From Candidatus Bathyarchaeota archaeon (GTDB lineage: Archaea; Thermoproteota; Bathyarchaeia; Bathyarchaeales; Bathycorpusculaceae): DNA of 64,000 bases. How positions within the stretch are numbered: position 1 is the stretch's first letter; every line of letters starts with the position of its first letter. Below are positions 10,353 to 21,136 of this stretch, one piece after another. The translations under genes were made by a program, and so were the position numbers. The notes below the pieces were generated by a model. It was not told where the DNA came from. It made no database searches and saw nothing but the letters and a program-made list of their open reading frames with translations. The stretch lies in NCBI GenBank assembly GCA_963702095.1, contig OY969706.1, positions 2,592,001-2,656,000 of the forward strand, written 5' to 3'.

Positions 10353-11435
10353 ATGGCTGAAATTCGTGTTGCTTTAATCGGCGTTGGCAACAGCGCTTCT
10401 GCTCTTGTCCAAGGAACCCAATACTACAAAGACGCAAAAGACGGAGAAACCGTCCCCGGCTTAATGCACGTGGTCTACGGCGACTACCACATCCGCGACA
10501 TACACTTCGTCGCCGCGTTTGAAGTTAACAAAGAAAAAATCGGCAAAGACCTCTCCGAGGCAATTTGGGTCAAACCCAACTGCTGCGAAAAATTCTCTGA
10601 CGTCCCACACCTCGGCGTCACCGTTTCACCCGCACCAATCCTCGACGGCGTCGCACCCCACATGCGAGAAGTCTTCAACGTCTACGACGGATCAGCAACC
10701 AAAGAATCCATCGTCCAAACCCTCAAAGACACCAAAACACAGGTCCTCGTCAACTACCTCCCAGTCGGCAGCCACGACGCAGTCCGATTCTACGCACAAT
10801 GCGCCATAGACGCAGGATGCGCATTCGTCAACTGCATGCCCGAATTCATCGGCAGCGACGCATCGGGTGAATGGCCTAAAAAGTTTGAGCAAGCCGGCTT
10901 ACCCGTCTTGGGCGACGACATCAAAAGCCAAGTCGGCGCAACCATACTGCACCGGCAGCTTGTGAGGCTCTGTTTGGACCGCGGAGTCATCGTTGACGAA
11001 ACCTACCAGCTTAACCTCGGCGGAGACACTGATTTCCAGAACATGACCGTGGAGGGCCGCCTCAAAAGCAAGCGCATAAGCAAAACCGAAGCCGTCACAT
11101 CCCTAGTCCCCTACGCTTTGCCCACACGCATCGGTCCCAGTGATTTCGTGCCGTTCCTTAAGAACAAAAAAATCTGCTACATCTCTTTGAAAGGTCGCAA
11201 ATTCGGCGACCGTCCCATAAACATCAGCGTCAAACTCGAAGTCGAGGACAGCCCAAACAGCGGCGGAGTCGTCATCGACCTTATCCGCGCTGCCAAAATC
11301 GCGTTGGACCGAAAAATCGCTGGTACACTGCTAAGCATGCCTTCATATGCCTTTAAGCATCCGCCCGTCCAAGTCCCCGACAACCAAGCCCGCCAATGGA
11401 CAGAAGAATGGATTGCAGGCAAACGCGAACGCTAA
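10353..11435 (+). CDS. ino1: myo-inositol-1-phosphate synthase
   Basis: GVGNSASALVQG, NYLPVGS, GDDIKSQVGAT, QLNLGGDTDF, DSPNSGG. Confidence 0.95.
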   Translation: MAEIRVALIGVGNSASALVQGTQYYKDAKDGETVPGLMHVVYGDYHIRDIHFVAAFEVNKEKIGKDLSEAIWVKPNCCEKFSDVPHLGVTVSPAPILDGVAPHMREVFNVYDGSATKESIVQTLKDTKTQVLVNYLPVGSHDAVRFYAQCAIDAGCAFVNCMPEFIGSDASGEWPKKFEQAGLPVLGDDIKSQVGATILHRQLVRLCLDRGVIVDETYQLNLGGDTDFQNMTVEGRLKSKRISKTEAVTSLVPYALPTRIGPSDFVPFLKNKKICYISLKGRKFGDRPINISVKLEVEDSPNSGGVVIDLIRAAKIALDRKIAGTLLSMPSYAFKHPPVQVPDNQARQWTEEWIAGKRER

Positions 11436-11516
11436 CTGTCCAGTTTCTTCTAAAATAACCTTTTATAGGTTACCTATACTATCTCCTTTTCAGAACACAC
11501 AGAAGGTACAGTTATT

Positions 11517-11936
11517 ATGGTTAAAGTGGAACAGTACGAAGTACCCGAAGGACTCTACTACTCAAAAGATTTTGCGTGGGCAAAAGTTGAAGGCGACAAA
11601 GTTCGAGTCGGCATAACAGATTACGCACAAAAATCCCTACGTGAAATCGTCTACGCTGAGCTTCCAAGTGCAGGGTCAGAAATCAGACAAAACGAGCCAT
11701 ATGGCACCCTCGAATCCGTCAAAGCAGTATCTGACCTCGTCGCACCCATAAGCGGCACAGTCCAAGAGATCAACGAAGAAGTCCAATCTAAACCCGAAAC
11801 CCTAAACGAAGACCCTTATGGCAAAGGCTGGCTCCTCATCGTTAAACCCAGCAACCTCCAAGCCGACCTCGCCAACCTACTGGACTTCGACAAAGCTGTA
11901 GAGTGGCATAAGGCTCAGTCAGCGGGCAAATGCTAA
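11517..11936 (+). CDS. gcvH: Glycine cleavage H protein (lipoyl carrier)
   Basis: VGITDYAQ, ESVKAVSD lipoyl-Lys, NEDPYGKGW. Confidence 0.93.
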   Translation: MVKVEQYEVPEGLYYSKDFAWAKVEGDKVRVGITDYAQKSLREIVYAELPSAGSEIRQNEPYGTLESVKAVSDLVAPISGTVQEINEEVQSKPETLNEDPYGKGWLLIVKPSNLQADLANLLDFDKAVEWHKAQSAGKC

Positions 11937-11946
11937 GGCGAAGCTG

Positions 11947-13293
11947 ATGGCACGCCGCATCATAATCGTGGGCGCCAACGCATCCGGCATCGAATCAGCA
12001 TCCGCCGCGCGCAAAAAAGACCGCACCGCAGAAATCACATTGATTACTCAGGAGAAAACCGCAGGGTACAGCCGCTGCGGATTGCCCTTTGTCATCGGCG
12101 GCAACATCAAAAGCTTCTCCGACCTTGTCGTTTATCCCCCAGCGTATTTCCAGATGCTTAAACTTGATTTGCGCTTGGAAACCACCGCCGCCGCAGTCAA
12201 CACCAAAGACAAAACCGTCACCGTCCAATCCAAAGACGGTCAAACCGAAACCCTCCCCTACGACGTCTTGGTCATAGCCACCGGAGCAGACTCGTTTATG
12301 CCTCCGATTAAAGGCAGAGAAAAACAGGGCATCCTCTCTTTGCGGGGCATTGAGGACGGCGAACGCATCGACGCCGCTGTTGCAGCAGGTGCCAAATCGG
12401 CGGTTATCATGGGTGCGGGTCTCATCGGCTTAGAGTTGGGTGTTGGCTTGATTGAGCGCGGCTTAAAAGTCACAATCGTAGAAATGCTCCCCCAGATACT
12501 GCCGCAGTTGCTTGACGCTGACATGGCTAAGCTGGTACAGGAGCATCTGGAAGGAAAAGGCATGCGGATTTTGCTTAACAAGGGTGTAGAGGAATTCTTA
12601 GGCGACGACCGCGTTACCGCAGTTAAAGCTGGCGGAGACATCATCGAAGCCGACCTCTTCATCAGCGCCTTTGGCGTGCGCGCATCTACCAAACTTGCCG
12701 CAGACGCAGGCATCCCGTTGGGCGAAACCCGCGCGATCAAAACCAACGCTCGAATGGAAACCGAAGTTAAAGACGTCTATGCCGTAGGCGACTGCGCCGA
12801 AGCCCCAAGCATCATCACCCACAAATGCACCTGTGCACAACTGGGCACCGTGGCGGTCCGCGAGGGCAAAGTGGCGGGTGCCAACGTAGGCGGCGGCTAC
12901 TCATTGTTCAGCGGCGTCTTGGCGTCGGCGGTTACACGATTATTCGATATTGAAGCAGGTAACACAGGTTTAACTGAAACCGCTGCAGCACGCAACCGCA
13001 TTGAAGTCATCACCGGCGCCATCAGCAGCAAAACCCGTGCCGACTACTTCCCAGGCGCTAAACCCATCAAGGTCAAGTTGGTCGTCGAAAAAGAAAGCCA
13101 ACGCATCATCGGCGCACAAGTTGTCGGAGGCGAAGAGGTCACCCAGCGCATTAACTGCCTGTCCTTTGCGATTCAAAAGGGCATGACGGTGCGTGAATTG
13201 GCTAAGGCGGATACGGCTTATGCACCGCCGCTCTGTGAAACTTGGGAGCCTATGGTGCTTGCCGCTGAAATGGTGCTTATGAAACTCCGCTAA
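11947..13293 (+). CDS. FAD-dependent NADH oxidase/CoA-disulfide reductase family protein
   Basis: YSRCGLP single redox Cys, ATG motif, GAGLIG, YAVGDC, AYAPP. Confidence 0.9.
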   Translation: MARRIIIVGANASGIESASAARKKDRTAEITLITQEKTAGYSRCGLPFVIGGNIKSFSDLVVYPPAYFQMLKLDLRLETTAAAVNTKDKTVTVQSKDGQTETLPYDVLVIATGADSFMPPIKGREKQGILSLRGIEDGERIDAAVAAGAKSAVIMGAGLIGLELGVGLIERGLKVTIVEMLPQILPQLLDADMAKLVQEHLEGKGMRILLNKGVEEFLGDDRVTAVKAGGDIIEADLFISAFGVRASTKLAADAGIPLGETRAIKTNARMETEVKDVYAVGDCAEAPSIITHKCTCAQLGTVAVREGKVAGANVGGGYSLFSGVLASAVTRLFDIEAGNTGLTETAAARNRIEVITGAISSKTRADYFPGAKPIKVKLVVEKESQRIIGAQVVGGEEVTQRINCLSFAIQKGMTVRELAKADTAYAPPLCETWEPMVLAAEMVLMKLR

Positions 13294-13423
13294 GCCCCTT
13301 TTTCCTTTTTACAACTTTATGAGCGTCCTATCCGCCAATAGGACATATCTTTCTTAGGATTTTTGTTTCTTGCTGTTTTCGGGCACCAACATACCCTTAA
13401 ATGCCACAACTCCCCAGCATCCC

Positions 13424-14233
13424 ATGTGGTTTTTGTTGCCTCAAACTCTGTCTCCAGACGCTAAAATCTCCGTCGCCGTCATCGCCATAGGAATCCTCAT
13501 ACTAGCAGCCGGCGGCTTCTTCTTACTCCTTAACCTAATCAACAATTTCCCAACTTACATGCCTCAACCCGTGGTTACCCAAGCCCGCAACTGGGCAGGC
13601 TACTTAGCCGCCAGCGACCTCGTAGACCCCGGTCCAAGCGTTGTTGCGGTCAATGGCTCTTGGACAGTGCCGGCGGTCAGCGACATTGGCTCCGACGCTT
13701 TTTCTGCCATTTGGGTTGGGGTCGGCGGCCAATTCGATAAAACTCTTATTCAGGCTGGAACTGAACAGGACTTCGTCGGCGGCGGACCCGTGTACTCCGC
13801 CTGGTACGAGATGTTGCCAGACAACTCCGTAACCATAGACGGCATAACCGTTTCCCCCGGAGACCGCATGGAAGCCCAAATCAGCTTAATCGACGCTAAC
13901 AGCAACCTTTGGTCCATCAACCTCATAGATGTGACCACTGGGCAGAGTTTTCAGCAGAACTTTACCTACACCTCCGAGCAGCTTAGTGCAGAGTGGATTA
14001 TCGAGCGCCCCCAAGTAAACAATCAACTCTCTGACCTAGCAAACTTCAGCCAACTAACCTTCACCGACTGCCACGCAACCATCGCCGAAAGAACCGGCAG
14101 TATCTCAGATTTTTCACATAGCGTCATCGAAATGGCTGCCCAAACTAGAAATAACCAATCCGTGCAACTAGTCAGCGTCTCCTCCCTCTCAAGCGACGGC
14201 ACACAGTTTACCGTCACCTACACCGCAGGGTAA
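13424..14233 (+). CDS. Membrane-anchored G1 family glutamic peptidase (eqolisin)
   Basis: N-terminal TM; NWAGY, WVGVGG, LIQAGTEQD (Gln), SAEWIIERP (Glu); exact start uncertain. Confidence 0.88.
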   Translation: MWFLLPQTLSPDAKISVAVIAIGILILAAGGFFLLLNLINNFPTYMPQPVVTQARNWAGYLAASDLVDPGPSVVAVNGSWTVPAVSDIGSDAFSAIWVGVGGQFDKTLIQAGTEQDFVGGGPVYSAWYEMLPDNSVTIDGITVSPGDRMEAQISLIDANSNLWSINLIDVTTGQSFQQNFTYTSEQLSAEWIIERPQVNNQLSDLANFSQLTFTDCHATIAERTGSISDFSHSVIEMAAQTRNNQSVQLVSVSSLSSDGTQFTVTYTAG

Positions 14234-14284
14234 TAGGCGGCGTTTGTTGCTCTCACGGATCGTCCCTTTCATGTTTGAAGGGCA

Positions 14285-14490
14285 AATTGTTTTTTTTCTT
14301 TATGTGGGTGTGGCGTTTCTCGGGATGCCCCAAGATTGGTTGAGGGGCGGTTGCTTTCTGGGTTTGCAACGTTTTTGTGCGCCTGTTTCGGTGTGGGATA
14401 TGCGTTTTCCTCCACACGCCCTGCATGGCGCCATGTTGAAACCGCTTCGGTGTGGATGTGAATGCATGTTACGTCTTTTTTGGGACTTAC
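14285..14490 (-). repeat. Dispersed element, family 3, copy 1
   Basis: Reverse complement aligns over ~200 nt with 39870-40075 (catgcattcac...tgtggag.aaaacgcata..ccacaccgaaacaggc...aagcaaccgc...cacataaaga). Confidence 0.85.
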
Positions 14491-14586
14491 AACCCATCAA
14501 AAGCAGCGATACAGTCGGATAGTGGGCAGCTTAAGATAGCCGGAGTTTCGAAAGTATTATATTGCAAGACTTAACAATAAGAAGCC

Positions 14587-14700
14587 ATGAAAAGGCGAGC
14601 CGGTTGGAAACTAAAACTTGTCTTCTTCCCCGCGATTTTAGTCATATTGATCGTTTGTTGGATCCCTAGCCTAACTGAAAAAAGGGGTAGGCAACATTGA
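14587..14700 (+). CDS. Putative 37-aa single-TM protein
   Basis: MKRRAGWKLKLVFFPAILVILIVCWIPSLTEKRGRQH; TATA-like tattatatt about 30 nt upstream; below the ORF-track cutoff. Confidence 0.4.
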   Translation: MKRRAGWKLKLVFFPAILVILIVCWIPSLTEKRGRQH

Positions 14701-14893
14701 AAACTATCTTTTGCCGCGTACTATAAGCGGGTAATCACTTGTTTGTCACCAAATCTGCCGCATTTGTCAACTGAAGGCTTTCCCCATTCAAGGCTTCATG
14801 TATTTGAAAAGAGGAACAAATGCTCTTTACCGGTGTTTGTTTTGGCAAAATTATTAAGTTACCGCTTACACTCTTTAGGGGTGTGTATGCTTC

Positions 14894-15262
14894 ATGAGTA
14901 AAGCTGAAGTCGCTGTGTCGTATGAGCCGTTCAAAGAAATCGTGATTATGGAGAAAACCCGCTTTAACGGTGCCGAAGAAATCGCCCGCTTCACCTCAGT
15001 CATTGCTGGAGGCAAGTTGGCTGGGCTGTATTGGGTGGACGGCGTCGTGTTCCTCTACTTTCCCTTAACCGCCTCAAACGTGGCTGTGGCACGGGAGTTG
15101 TTGGAGAAGCACCGTGTCTACTGGACGTATGTTGGTTACGCGTTGATGCCGCGGTATGCACCGACGATTGAGACGAAAGAAAAAATGATTGTGCCCGTCG
15201 TGGACATATCCAGCGACCCAATCCTCAAATCCGTGGCACAGTGGCTAAAAGAACAGCCCTAG
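14894..15262 (+). CDS. Conserved archaeal hypothetical protein
   Basis: 122 aa ORF abutting the riboflavin kinase start; protein-like composition. Confidence 0.75.
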   Translation: MSKAEVAVSYEPFKEIVIMEKTRFNGAEEIARFTSVIAGGKLAGLYWVDGVVFLYFPLTASNVAVARELLEKHRVYWTYVGYALMPRYAPTIETKEKMIVPVVDISSDPILKSVAQWLKEQP

Positions 15263-15661
15263 ATGGCGGCGGGTATGCCGCAGCTAATTTTTGAAGGCAA
15301 GGTGTTCTCTGGCAGAGGCGAGGGCAAACGCTTCGTCGGGTTGCCGTGGGTTAAGCGGCAGATCATGCAGAAAACAGGTTTTACCCCTTACGATGGTACC
15401 TTAAACTTGTGTTTAACTGGGGATTCAGTGGAGAAGAGGCGACAACTGGATCAGGCAAACGGGTCCGTGGTTGAGCCAGAAGCAGGTTTTTGTCCCGGCA
15501 TCCTCTTTAGAGGGTACATCGAAGGCTTAGAATGCGCAGTGATATTGCCCAAAGTCCCCAATTACCCCGTGGATATATTAGAAGTTGTTGCATCCCAAAA
15601 CCTGCGGTGCAGACTCGGGTTAGCCGACGGCAACACCGTGGCTGTGGCAGTTACTTTCTAG
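15263..15661 (+). CDS. ribK: CTP-dependent riboflavin kinase (DUF120)
   Basis: GKVFSGRGEG, GFTPYDGTLN, LEVVASQNLR. Confidence 0.9.
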   Translation: MAAGMPQLIFEGKVFSGRGEGKRFVGLPWVKRQIMQKTGFTPYDGTLNLCLTGDSVEKRRQLDQANGSVVEPEAGFCPGILFRGYIEGLECAVILPKVPNYPVDILEVVASQNLRCRLGLADGNTVAVAVTF

Positions 15662-17181
15662 GCGCTACCTGCTGGATGGATGCTAGACCTTTTTTGAAGT
15701 TGGCAATATAGTTGTCGAGGGCACCGTTTTTCTTTAGGTATTCGCCGTATTGGACCAGTGCTTTCATGGCGCGGGCGGCGTCTTCGGGGCTGCCAAAGCT
15801 TGGGACACAGAGGCGATCAAAGCGGCCGCGGGTGTAGAGCGCCATTTCGGTTTCGCCGATGTCCACCATCACGATGGGTTTAGTGTATTTGTGGCTAATC
15901 GCTGCGATGCCGTCGATGTATTTTTCACGTAGCCCAGGCATGTGGTGTAATCCTAGGAGGATTAGGCCTTGCATTTGGGGGTCTTGGAACATGATGTCGG
16001 CGGATATTTCGAATTGTTCGTCGGTGACGGAGCCTGTTAGGTCGACCGGATTGTGGGTGGCGGCGATGGAGAGGATTTTGCCTTCGGCTTTGAGTTGTTC
16101 GAATTTGCTGTCGGTTTCTTTGTCAAAGCGGTCCACGGTTAAGCCTTGAACTTCGAGTTCGTCGACAGTCATGACGCCGGGTCCGCCTGCGTCAGTTAAA
16201 ATGCCGATGTTACGTCCAATGGCAGGAGGCTGCATCGCCAATGCTTTGCCAATGTCAAAGAAGTCCTCCATGTTAAGGGCACGTATGACTCCGCATTGTT
16301 CAAAGGCGGCATCGTAGATTTTGTCGCTGCCCGCGATGGCGCCTGTGTGGCTGGCTGCTGCACGTGCACCCGCTGAGCTGCGGCCTGACTTTATAACGAC
16401 CACTGGCTTTTTGAGGGTAACCTTCTTGGCGATTTCGAGGAATTGCCGCCCGTCCTTGACGTCTTCTATGTAGAGCAAGATGACAGTGGTTTCTTTGTCA
16501 TGCATAAGGTAGGCGAGTATGTCGGATTCAGAGACGTCGCTTTTGTTGCCAAAACTTACGAATTTCGACACGCCCATCTGGCGCCCAGTGAGGTAGTCCA
16601 GCGCGGCACAGCCAAAGGCGCCACTCTGAGTGACCATGGCTATGCTGCCTGGCAGCGGACGAGGCGTAGCCACCACTTCTTCGCCTGTGGTCAAAGTCTT
16701 GGTTTCAGGCAAAAACAGGGTGTCAATGCCGCTTTTGGAGTAGTAGACGCCTAGGCAGTTGGCCTAAGAGTCGGATGCCGCCTTTTTTGGCTATGGCGAT
16801 AACTTGGTCTTCTAATTCTTTGTTGCCGACTTCTTTAAAGCCCGCAGTGATGATGACCGCTGTCTTCACATTTTTTGTAACGGCTTCCTCCATTACGGAG
16901 GCAACGTACTTGGCTGGAACAATAATAACTATCAAATCGATTTCGTTGGCGGGAACCTTGCTTAGGGATGGGTAGCATCTAAAGCCCAGTATGCTGTCTT
17001 CGCCAGGGTTCACTGGGTAGAGTTCGCCTTTGTAGACGTCGCGTTGCTTGTTAGTTGCCAGGTTCTTAAAGATGACGTAGCCGGCTTTGTCCACTTTTTT
17101 TGTAGCGCCGATGACTGCGACTGAGTGAGGATTGAAGAATGCATCCAGTTTCTGTAGTGATTCATCCATAGCGTGCACCAA
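15651..17181 (-). CDS. acdA: Acetate--CoA ligase (ADP-forming) alpha subunit, frameshifted near 16762
   Basis: FFNPHSVAVIGA, YPVNP, ITAGFKE; the conserved GPNCLG is split (GGC C AAC TGC); QSGA, SHTG phospho-His, NPVDLTG. Confidence 0.9.
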
Positions 17182-17245
17182 CGTATTTCCGCATAGACGT
17201 ACAAGCCATCTTTTATGTCTTACTTATACAAAAAGTAGTTTTCGG

Positions 17246-18112
17246 TCAACCCACCCGTTTTTTTAGCCGTCCACTGTGTTTGCGCACCACAACAAGGGGT
17301 TTATGGGGCACACAGGAAAGCATTTCCCAGCTGACCTCTTCGACGCCGACGCCGAACCGCGCAGCCATATCCCACACCGTCGCACCAGACCCCGGACCCC
17401 GAGCCCGGTCGGCAATGTTTGTAATCGTTAAGGCTTCCCCCGCAGACAAGCAGCAGCCGGCAACCGCCAATGGCGTGGAGCTCCGCCGCAACCCAAGCAT
17501 CCGCCCCACCACATAGCAGAAGACGCCGCCAAACGCGTGAATCCCCCTCAGTGGCTTGGGGCGGGGCGTAAAGTAGAAGTTGCGGAACCGATAGGTTTTA
17601 TCGGTGTCGGCGACTATGACGCAGACGTTTTTGCCCAAAGCCCCGCGGATGCCAACGTGAATTTTCTGGGCTAATTCTGACGCGTTTTTTAAGGGTAAAC
17701 TCACGTAGGAATAGGGCAGATTCGACCCGTCGATGCCGCCCTCCGAGCCAAATAGGAGCGCCTGCAAAAGTCCCGCATGTTCCAGCGCCACCTGCTTATG
17801 CCTTGCCCCCGACTCCAAGGGGTAATTCCGCAGGCGCCTAAGCAGCCGCACCCCAAACCCGCACAGAAACCCCAACGGGTAACCCCAGACCCTGCGCATC
17901 CAAAAACAGGCAATGAACCGTGCGTTTGCGCTGGGCTCCACTTTGGCTTCGTTGATTATGCCGCCTGTGGCTATCGCCAATGCCTTCTCGGAGACCACCA
18001 CGAAATCGCGGTCTTCGATTTTGCCCTCTAGAGCCGCCATTATCCTGTTGATGTATGGGGCGTTTGGTTTCCAATAGCCGGTTGAAACCGCCAAAGCAGA
18101 GTACTTAGTCAT
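17246..18112 (-). CDS. CofE-like (F420-0:gamma-glutamyl ligase family) protein
   Basis: DFVVVSEKALA, GGIDGSNLP, VIVADTD, PLVVVR. Confidence 0.8.
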   Translation of the reverse strand: MTKYSALAVSTGYWKPNAPYINRIMAALEGKIEDRDFVVVSEKALAIATGGIINEAKVEPSANARFIACFWMRRVWGYPLGFLCGFGVRLLRRLRNYPLESGARHKQVALEHAGLLQALLFGSEGGIDGSNLPYSYVSLPLKNASELAQKIHVGIRGALGKNVCVIVADTDKTYRFRNFYFTPRPKPLRGIHAFGGVFCYVVGRMLGLRRSSTPLAVAGCCLSAGEALTITNIADRARGPGSGATVWDMAARFGVGVEEVSWEMLSCVPHKPLVVVRKHSGRLKKRVG

Positions 18113-18163
18113 CAGTTTTACTCGAATGCAAATTAGGCTTTAACCTAATAAGAGTTGATTCTA

Positions 18164-19234
18164 CTAAAACAGCGCGTATGGGAATCGTTGGCTGTTCTGC
18201 CAGAGTTTGCCTTTTATTGGGATGGCTTGTCCGCAGACGGGGCAGTGCATATCTGAGGTTAGGTTCCACTGGGTGATTTCGAAAGATTCCCGTTTGATGA
18301 TTGGAGTGTCACAGTTGGGGCAGTAAGTGTTTTCGCCTGGGTGACCGGGAACATTGCCCATGTACACGTAGTGAAGACCCTGGTTTTTAGCTATAAGCAG
18401 GGCTTGCTCCATCTCCTGCACACTCGTCGCGGGAACGGTTGTATACTTGTATTCGGGGTGGAAACGCAACATATGAAGAGGCGTATCGGGGCCAAGGTAA
18501 TCTTTTACCCACTTCGCCAACGCCCGAATGCGCTCGGGAGAGTCGCCTGACTTGGGGACAACGAGGTTGGTGAGTTCAATGTAGACGCCTTGCAGTTTAA
18601 GCTCCTTTAAGGATTCATAGATGGGTGCCACGTTTGGGACGCCCATGACCGTTTTGTAGAAGTCCGGGTCGCCGCCGCCCTTAAAATCCACCGTCGCCGC
18701 ATCCAAATAGGGTCCAATGGTCCGCACGGCTTCAGGAGTCATGTAACCGTTGGTGACAAAAGTATTGAATAAGCCCTCTTTTTTGGCGAGTTTAGCGGTG
18801 TCGTAGGCGTATTCCATGAAGATGGTGGGTTCAGTGTAGGTGTAGCTTATGCCTTGGCAACCCGCGTTTTTGGCTGCTTTAACGACCTCCTCGGGTGGGA
18901 AGGGGTTGCCGGGGGCGTCGTGGTCTTGGCTTATCATCCAGTTATCACAGAATTGGCAGCGGAAGTTGCATCCAGCCGCCGCGACTGAGAGGACTAGTGC
19001 GCCGGGGTTGAAGTGGCTGAGGGGTTTTTTGCCTATGGGGTCAACGGCTGCGGAGACGGCTTTGCCATAGTTTAGGGTGTATAGTGTGCCGCCTTCGTTT
19101 CTGCGTACGAGACAGAAGCCGGGTGCTCCGTCGCTAATTAGGCATCTTCGCGAGCAAAGGCAGCACTGCACTTTGCCTTCGCCCTGGCGTTCGTAGAGCA
19201 TGGCTTCATGAAGAGACATAAACAATTCACACAA
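18164..19234 (-). CDS. amrS: AmmeMemoRadiSam-type radical SAM enzyme
   Basis: CCLCSRRC..G.C.VR, DPIGKKPL, GCNFRCQFCDNW, YTYTEP, RFHP, GNVPGH..TYCP. Confidence 0.9.
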   Translation of the reverse strand: MCELFMSLHEAMLYERQGEGKVQCCLCSRRCLISDGAPGFCLVRRNEGGTLYTLNYGKAVSAAVDPIGKKPLSHFNPGALVLSVAAAGCNFRCQFCDNWMISQDHDAPGNPFPPEEVVKAAKNAGCQGISYTYTEPTIFMEYAYDTAKLAKKEGLFNTFVTNGYMTPEAVRTIGPYLDAATVDFKGGGDPDFYKTVMGVPNVAPIYESLKELKLQGVYIELTNLVVPKSGDSPERIRALAKWVKDYLGPDTPLHMLRFHPEYKYTTVPATSVQEMEQALLIAKNQGLHYVYMGNVPGHPGENTYCPNCDTPIIKRESFEITQWNLTSDMHCPVCGQAIPIKGKLWQNSQRFPYALF

Positions 19235-19268
19235 AATATAGAAGAGAGGTTTTGTTTAAAAGCATTAA

Positions 19269-19601
19269 CTACAAGAGCTTGTTAAAAAAACAGCTATATT
19301 CTCCTGTGTGGCAAGCGGGACCCGTCTGCTCAACGACATAGAGCAGCGAATCGTAGTCGCAGTCAGTAGAGACGGAGATGATTTTTTGGGTGTGCCCGCT
19401 GGTTTCGCCTTTAACCCAGAGTTCATTGCGGCTGCGGCTCCAATAAGTAGCTTTTTTGGTTTTGAGTGTGAGTTCTACAGCTTCTTTGTTGGCATATGCC
19501 TGCATCAGCACCGTTTTGGTTTTGGCGTCTTGGGTTATGACTGGGATAAGCCCGTTACCCTTCACAAAATCGAGTTTTGCAAGTAATTCTTGAGGTGTCA
19601 T
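19269..19601 (-). CDS. hisI: Phosphoribosyl-AMP cyclohydrolase
   Basis: [28 protein letters not shown]. Confidence 0.95.
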   Translation of the reverse strand: MTPQELLAKLDFVKGNGLIPVITQDAKTKTVLMQAYANKEAVELTLKTKKATYWSRSRNELWVKGETSGHTQKIISVSTDCDYDSLLYVVEQTGPACHTGEYSCFFNKLL

Positions 19602-20401
19602 GTTCGTATAGTCACCCCCATCTTACGCAGGTAATCTTTCACGACTGGAACAGGATATTGGTTGTAGTGGAAAATTGAAGCCGCCAACGCTGCATCTGCT
19701 TTGCCCTCTGTTAGGACGTCGAGGAGGTGTTTGGGTTCTCCTGCACCTCCGCTGGCGATAACGGGAACGTTGACGCGTTCGCTGATGCCACGGGTTAACT
19801 CGATGTCGTAGCCGTCTTTTGTGCCGTCGCAGTCCATAGAAGTGACCAGGAACTCGCCTGCCCCAAGCTTTTCCGCCTGCAACGCCCACGCCAAGGCGTC
19901 GATGCCTGTGGGTTTTCTGCCGCCGTAAGTGACAACTTCGAACCAGAGTTTGCCTTCTTTGGTGTCAACTTGGATTTTGCCTTCGCTGGGCGTTCGGCTG
20001 CGTTTGGCGTCTATGGCGCAGACGACGCATTGGCGCCCAAAAACGTCGGCTAATTCAGTGATGAGTTTAGGATTTTCCACTGCCGCCGTGTTAACGGAGA
20101 CTTTGTCGGCGCCACTGCACAACACTGCCCGTGCATCTGCGACGCTTCGGATGCCTCCACCGACGGTAAAGGGTATGCTGATGGCTCTGGCGACGCCCTC
20201 CACGTATCGGCGCATGATATCGCGCTTCTCGCTGGAGGCGGTGATGTCAAGGAAAACCAACTCGTCTGCGCCGTCGTCGCTGTAGCGCTGTGCCATCTCC
20301 ACGGGGTCGCCTGCGCATTTGGGGTTGACGAAGTTGATGCATTTGACTACTTTTCCGTGGTCCACGTCGAGGCATGGTACGATACGTTTGGCAAGCGGCA
20401 T
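19598..20401 (-). CDS. hisF: Imidazole glycerol phosphate synthase cyclase subunit
   Basis: [40 protein letters not shown]. Confidence 0.96.
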   Translation of the reverse strand: MPLAKRIVPCLDVDHGKVVKCINFVNPKCAGDPVEMAQRYSDDGADELVFLDITASSEKRDIMRRYVEGVARAISIPFTVGGGIRSVADARAVLCSGADKVSVNTAAVENPKLITELADVFGRQCVVCAIDAKRSRTPSEGKIQVDTKEGKLWFEVVTYGGRKPTGIDALAWALQAEKLGAGEFLVTSMDCDGTKDGYDIELTRGISERVNVPVIASGGAGEPKHLLDVLTEGKADAALAASIFHYNQYPVPVVKDYLRKMGVTIRT

Positions 20402-20403
20402 GT

Positions 20404-21129
20404 TCAGGCTCCTATTTTGGCTAAGGCTTCTTTTAACGTGAATCGCCCCTCATATAGGGCTTTCCCGATAACTGCACCAGTGCAGCCGATGTCTTTGAGG
20501 GCTGCTAAGTCGCCGATGCTGCCGATTCCGCCTGCCGCGATGACTTTGGCGTTCGGGTACTCGACGGCTGCGCTTAGCGTTTGGAGGTCGGGACCGTTTA
20601 GCATTCCGTCCTGCGCAATGGATGTTATGAGGAAGGTTTCGGCACCGAGTTGAGTGTATTTTTCGAGTGCCAACTCCACGGTCAGGGGGGTCTCTGTTTG
20701 CCAACCCTCCACCATGATGCGTCCATTGCGGTTGTCTAAGGCGACGATGACGGAGTCTGAGCCGAAGCGTTTCTGGATTTTGCCGATAACTGAGGAATCA
20801 CTGAAGGCTAAAGAGCCCAATATGATTTGGGCGACGCCAACTTTGAGCAGTCCCTCGGCGACTTCGTAGCTGCGGATGCCGCCGCCCACTTGGATGGGCA
20901 ACGATATGTTTTTTGCGACTTCAGCGATGACGCCTCGGTTTTCGGCTATGCTAAAGGCGGCGTCTAAGTCGATTATGTGGAGTTTGCCTGCACCCTCGTC
21001 TTTCCAGCGCTGAGCCGCCTCAAGAGGGGTGCCGAATTGGCTTTCGTAGCATTTGGCGGTTTCTGCTTCGCCGCGGGTTAAACGGACGATTTTGCCGCCC
21101 ATCAAATCTATAGCTGGAATAAGCTGCAT
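20404..21129 (-). CDS. hisA: ProFAR isomerase
   Basis: LIPAIDL..G..VRL, LHIIDLD, QVGGGIR, GKALYEG. Confidence 0.95.
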   Translation of the reverse strand: MQLIPAIDLMGGKIVRLTRGEAETAKCYESQFGTPLEAAQRWKDEGAGKLHIIDLDAAFSIAENRGVIAEVAKNISLPIQVGGGIRSYEVAEGLLKVGVAQIILGSLAFSDSSVIGKIQKRFGSDSVIVALDNRNGRIMVEGWQTETPLTVELALEKYTQLGAETFLITSIAQDGMLNGPDLQTLSAAVEYPNAKVIAAGGIGSIGDLAALKDIGCTGAVIGKALYEGRFTLKEALAKIGA

Positions 21130-21136
21130 ACCAAAA

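Noticed and set aside
14300-14500. Small CxxC ORFs (MAPCRACGGKRISHTETG / MEPCTPCGEKRIYHTETG at 39882-40100) as Zn-finger microproteins
   Set aside because: They lie inside repeat family 3. Differences are mostly non-synonymous, the third Cys is not aligned, and starts and stops are not shared, so the similarity is explained at the DNA level.
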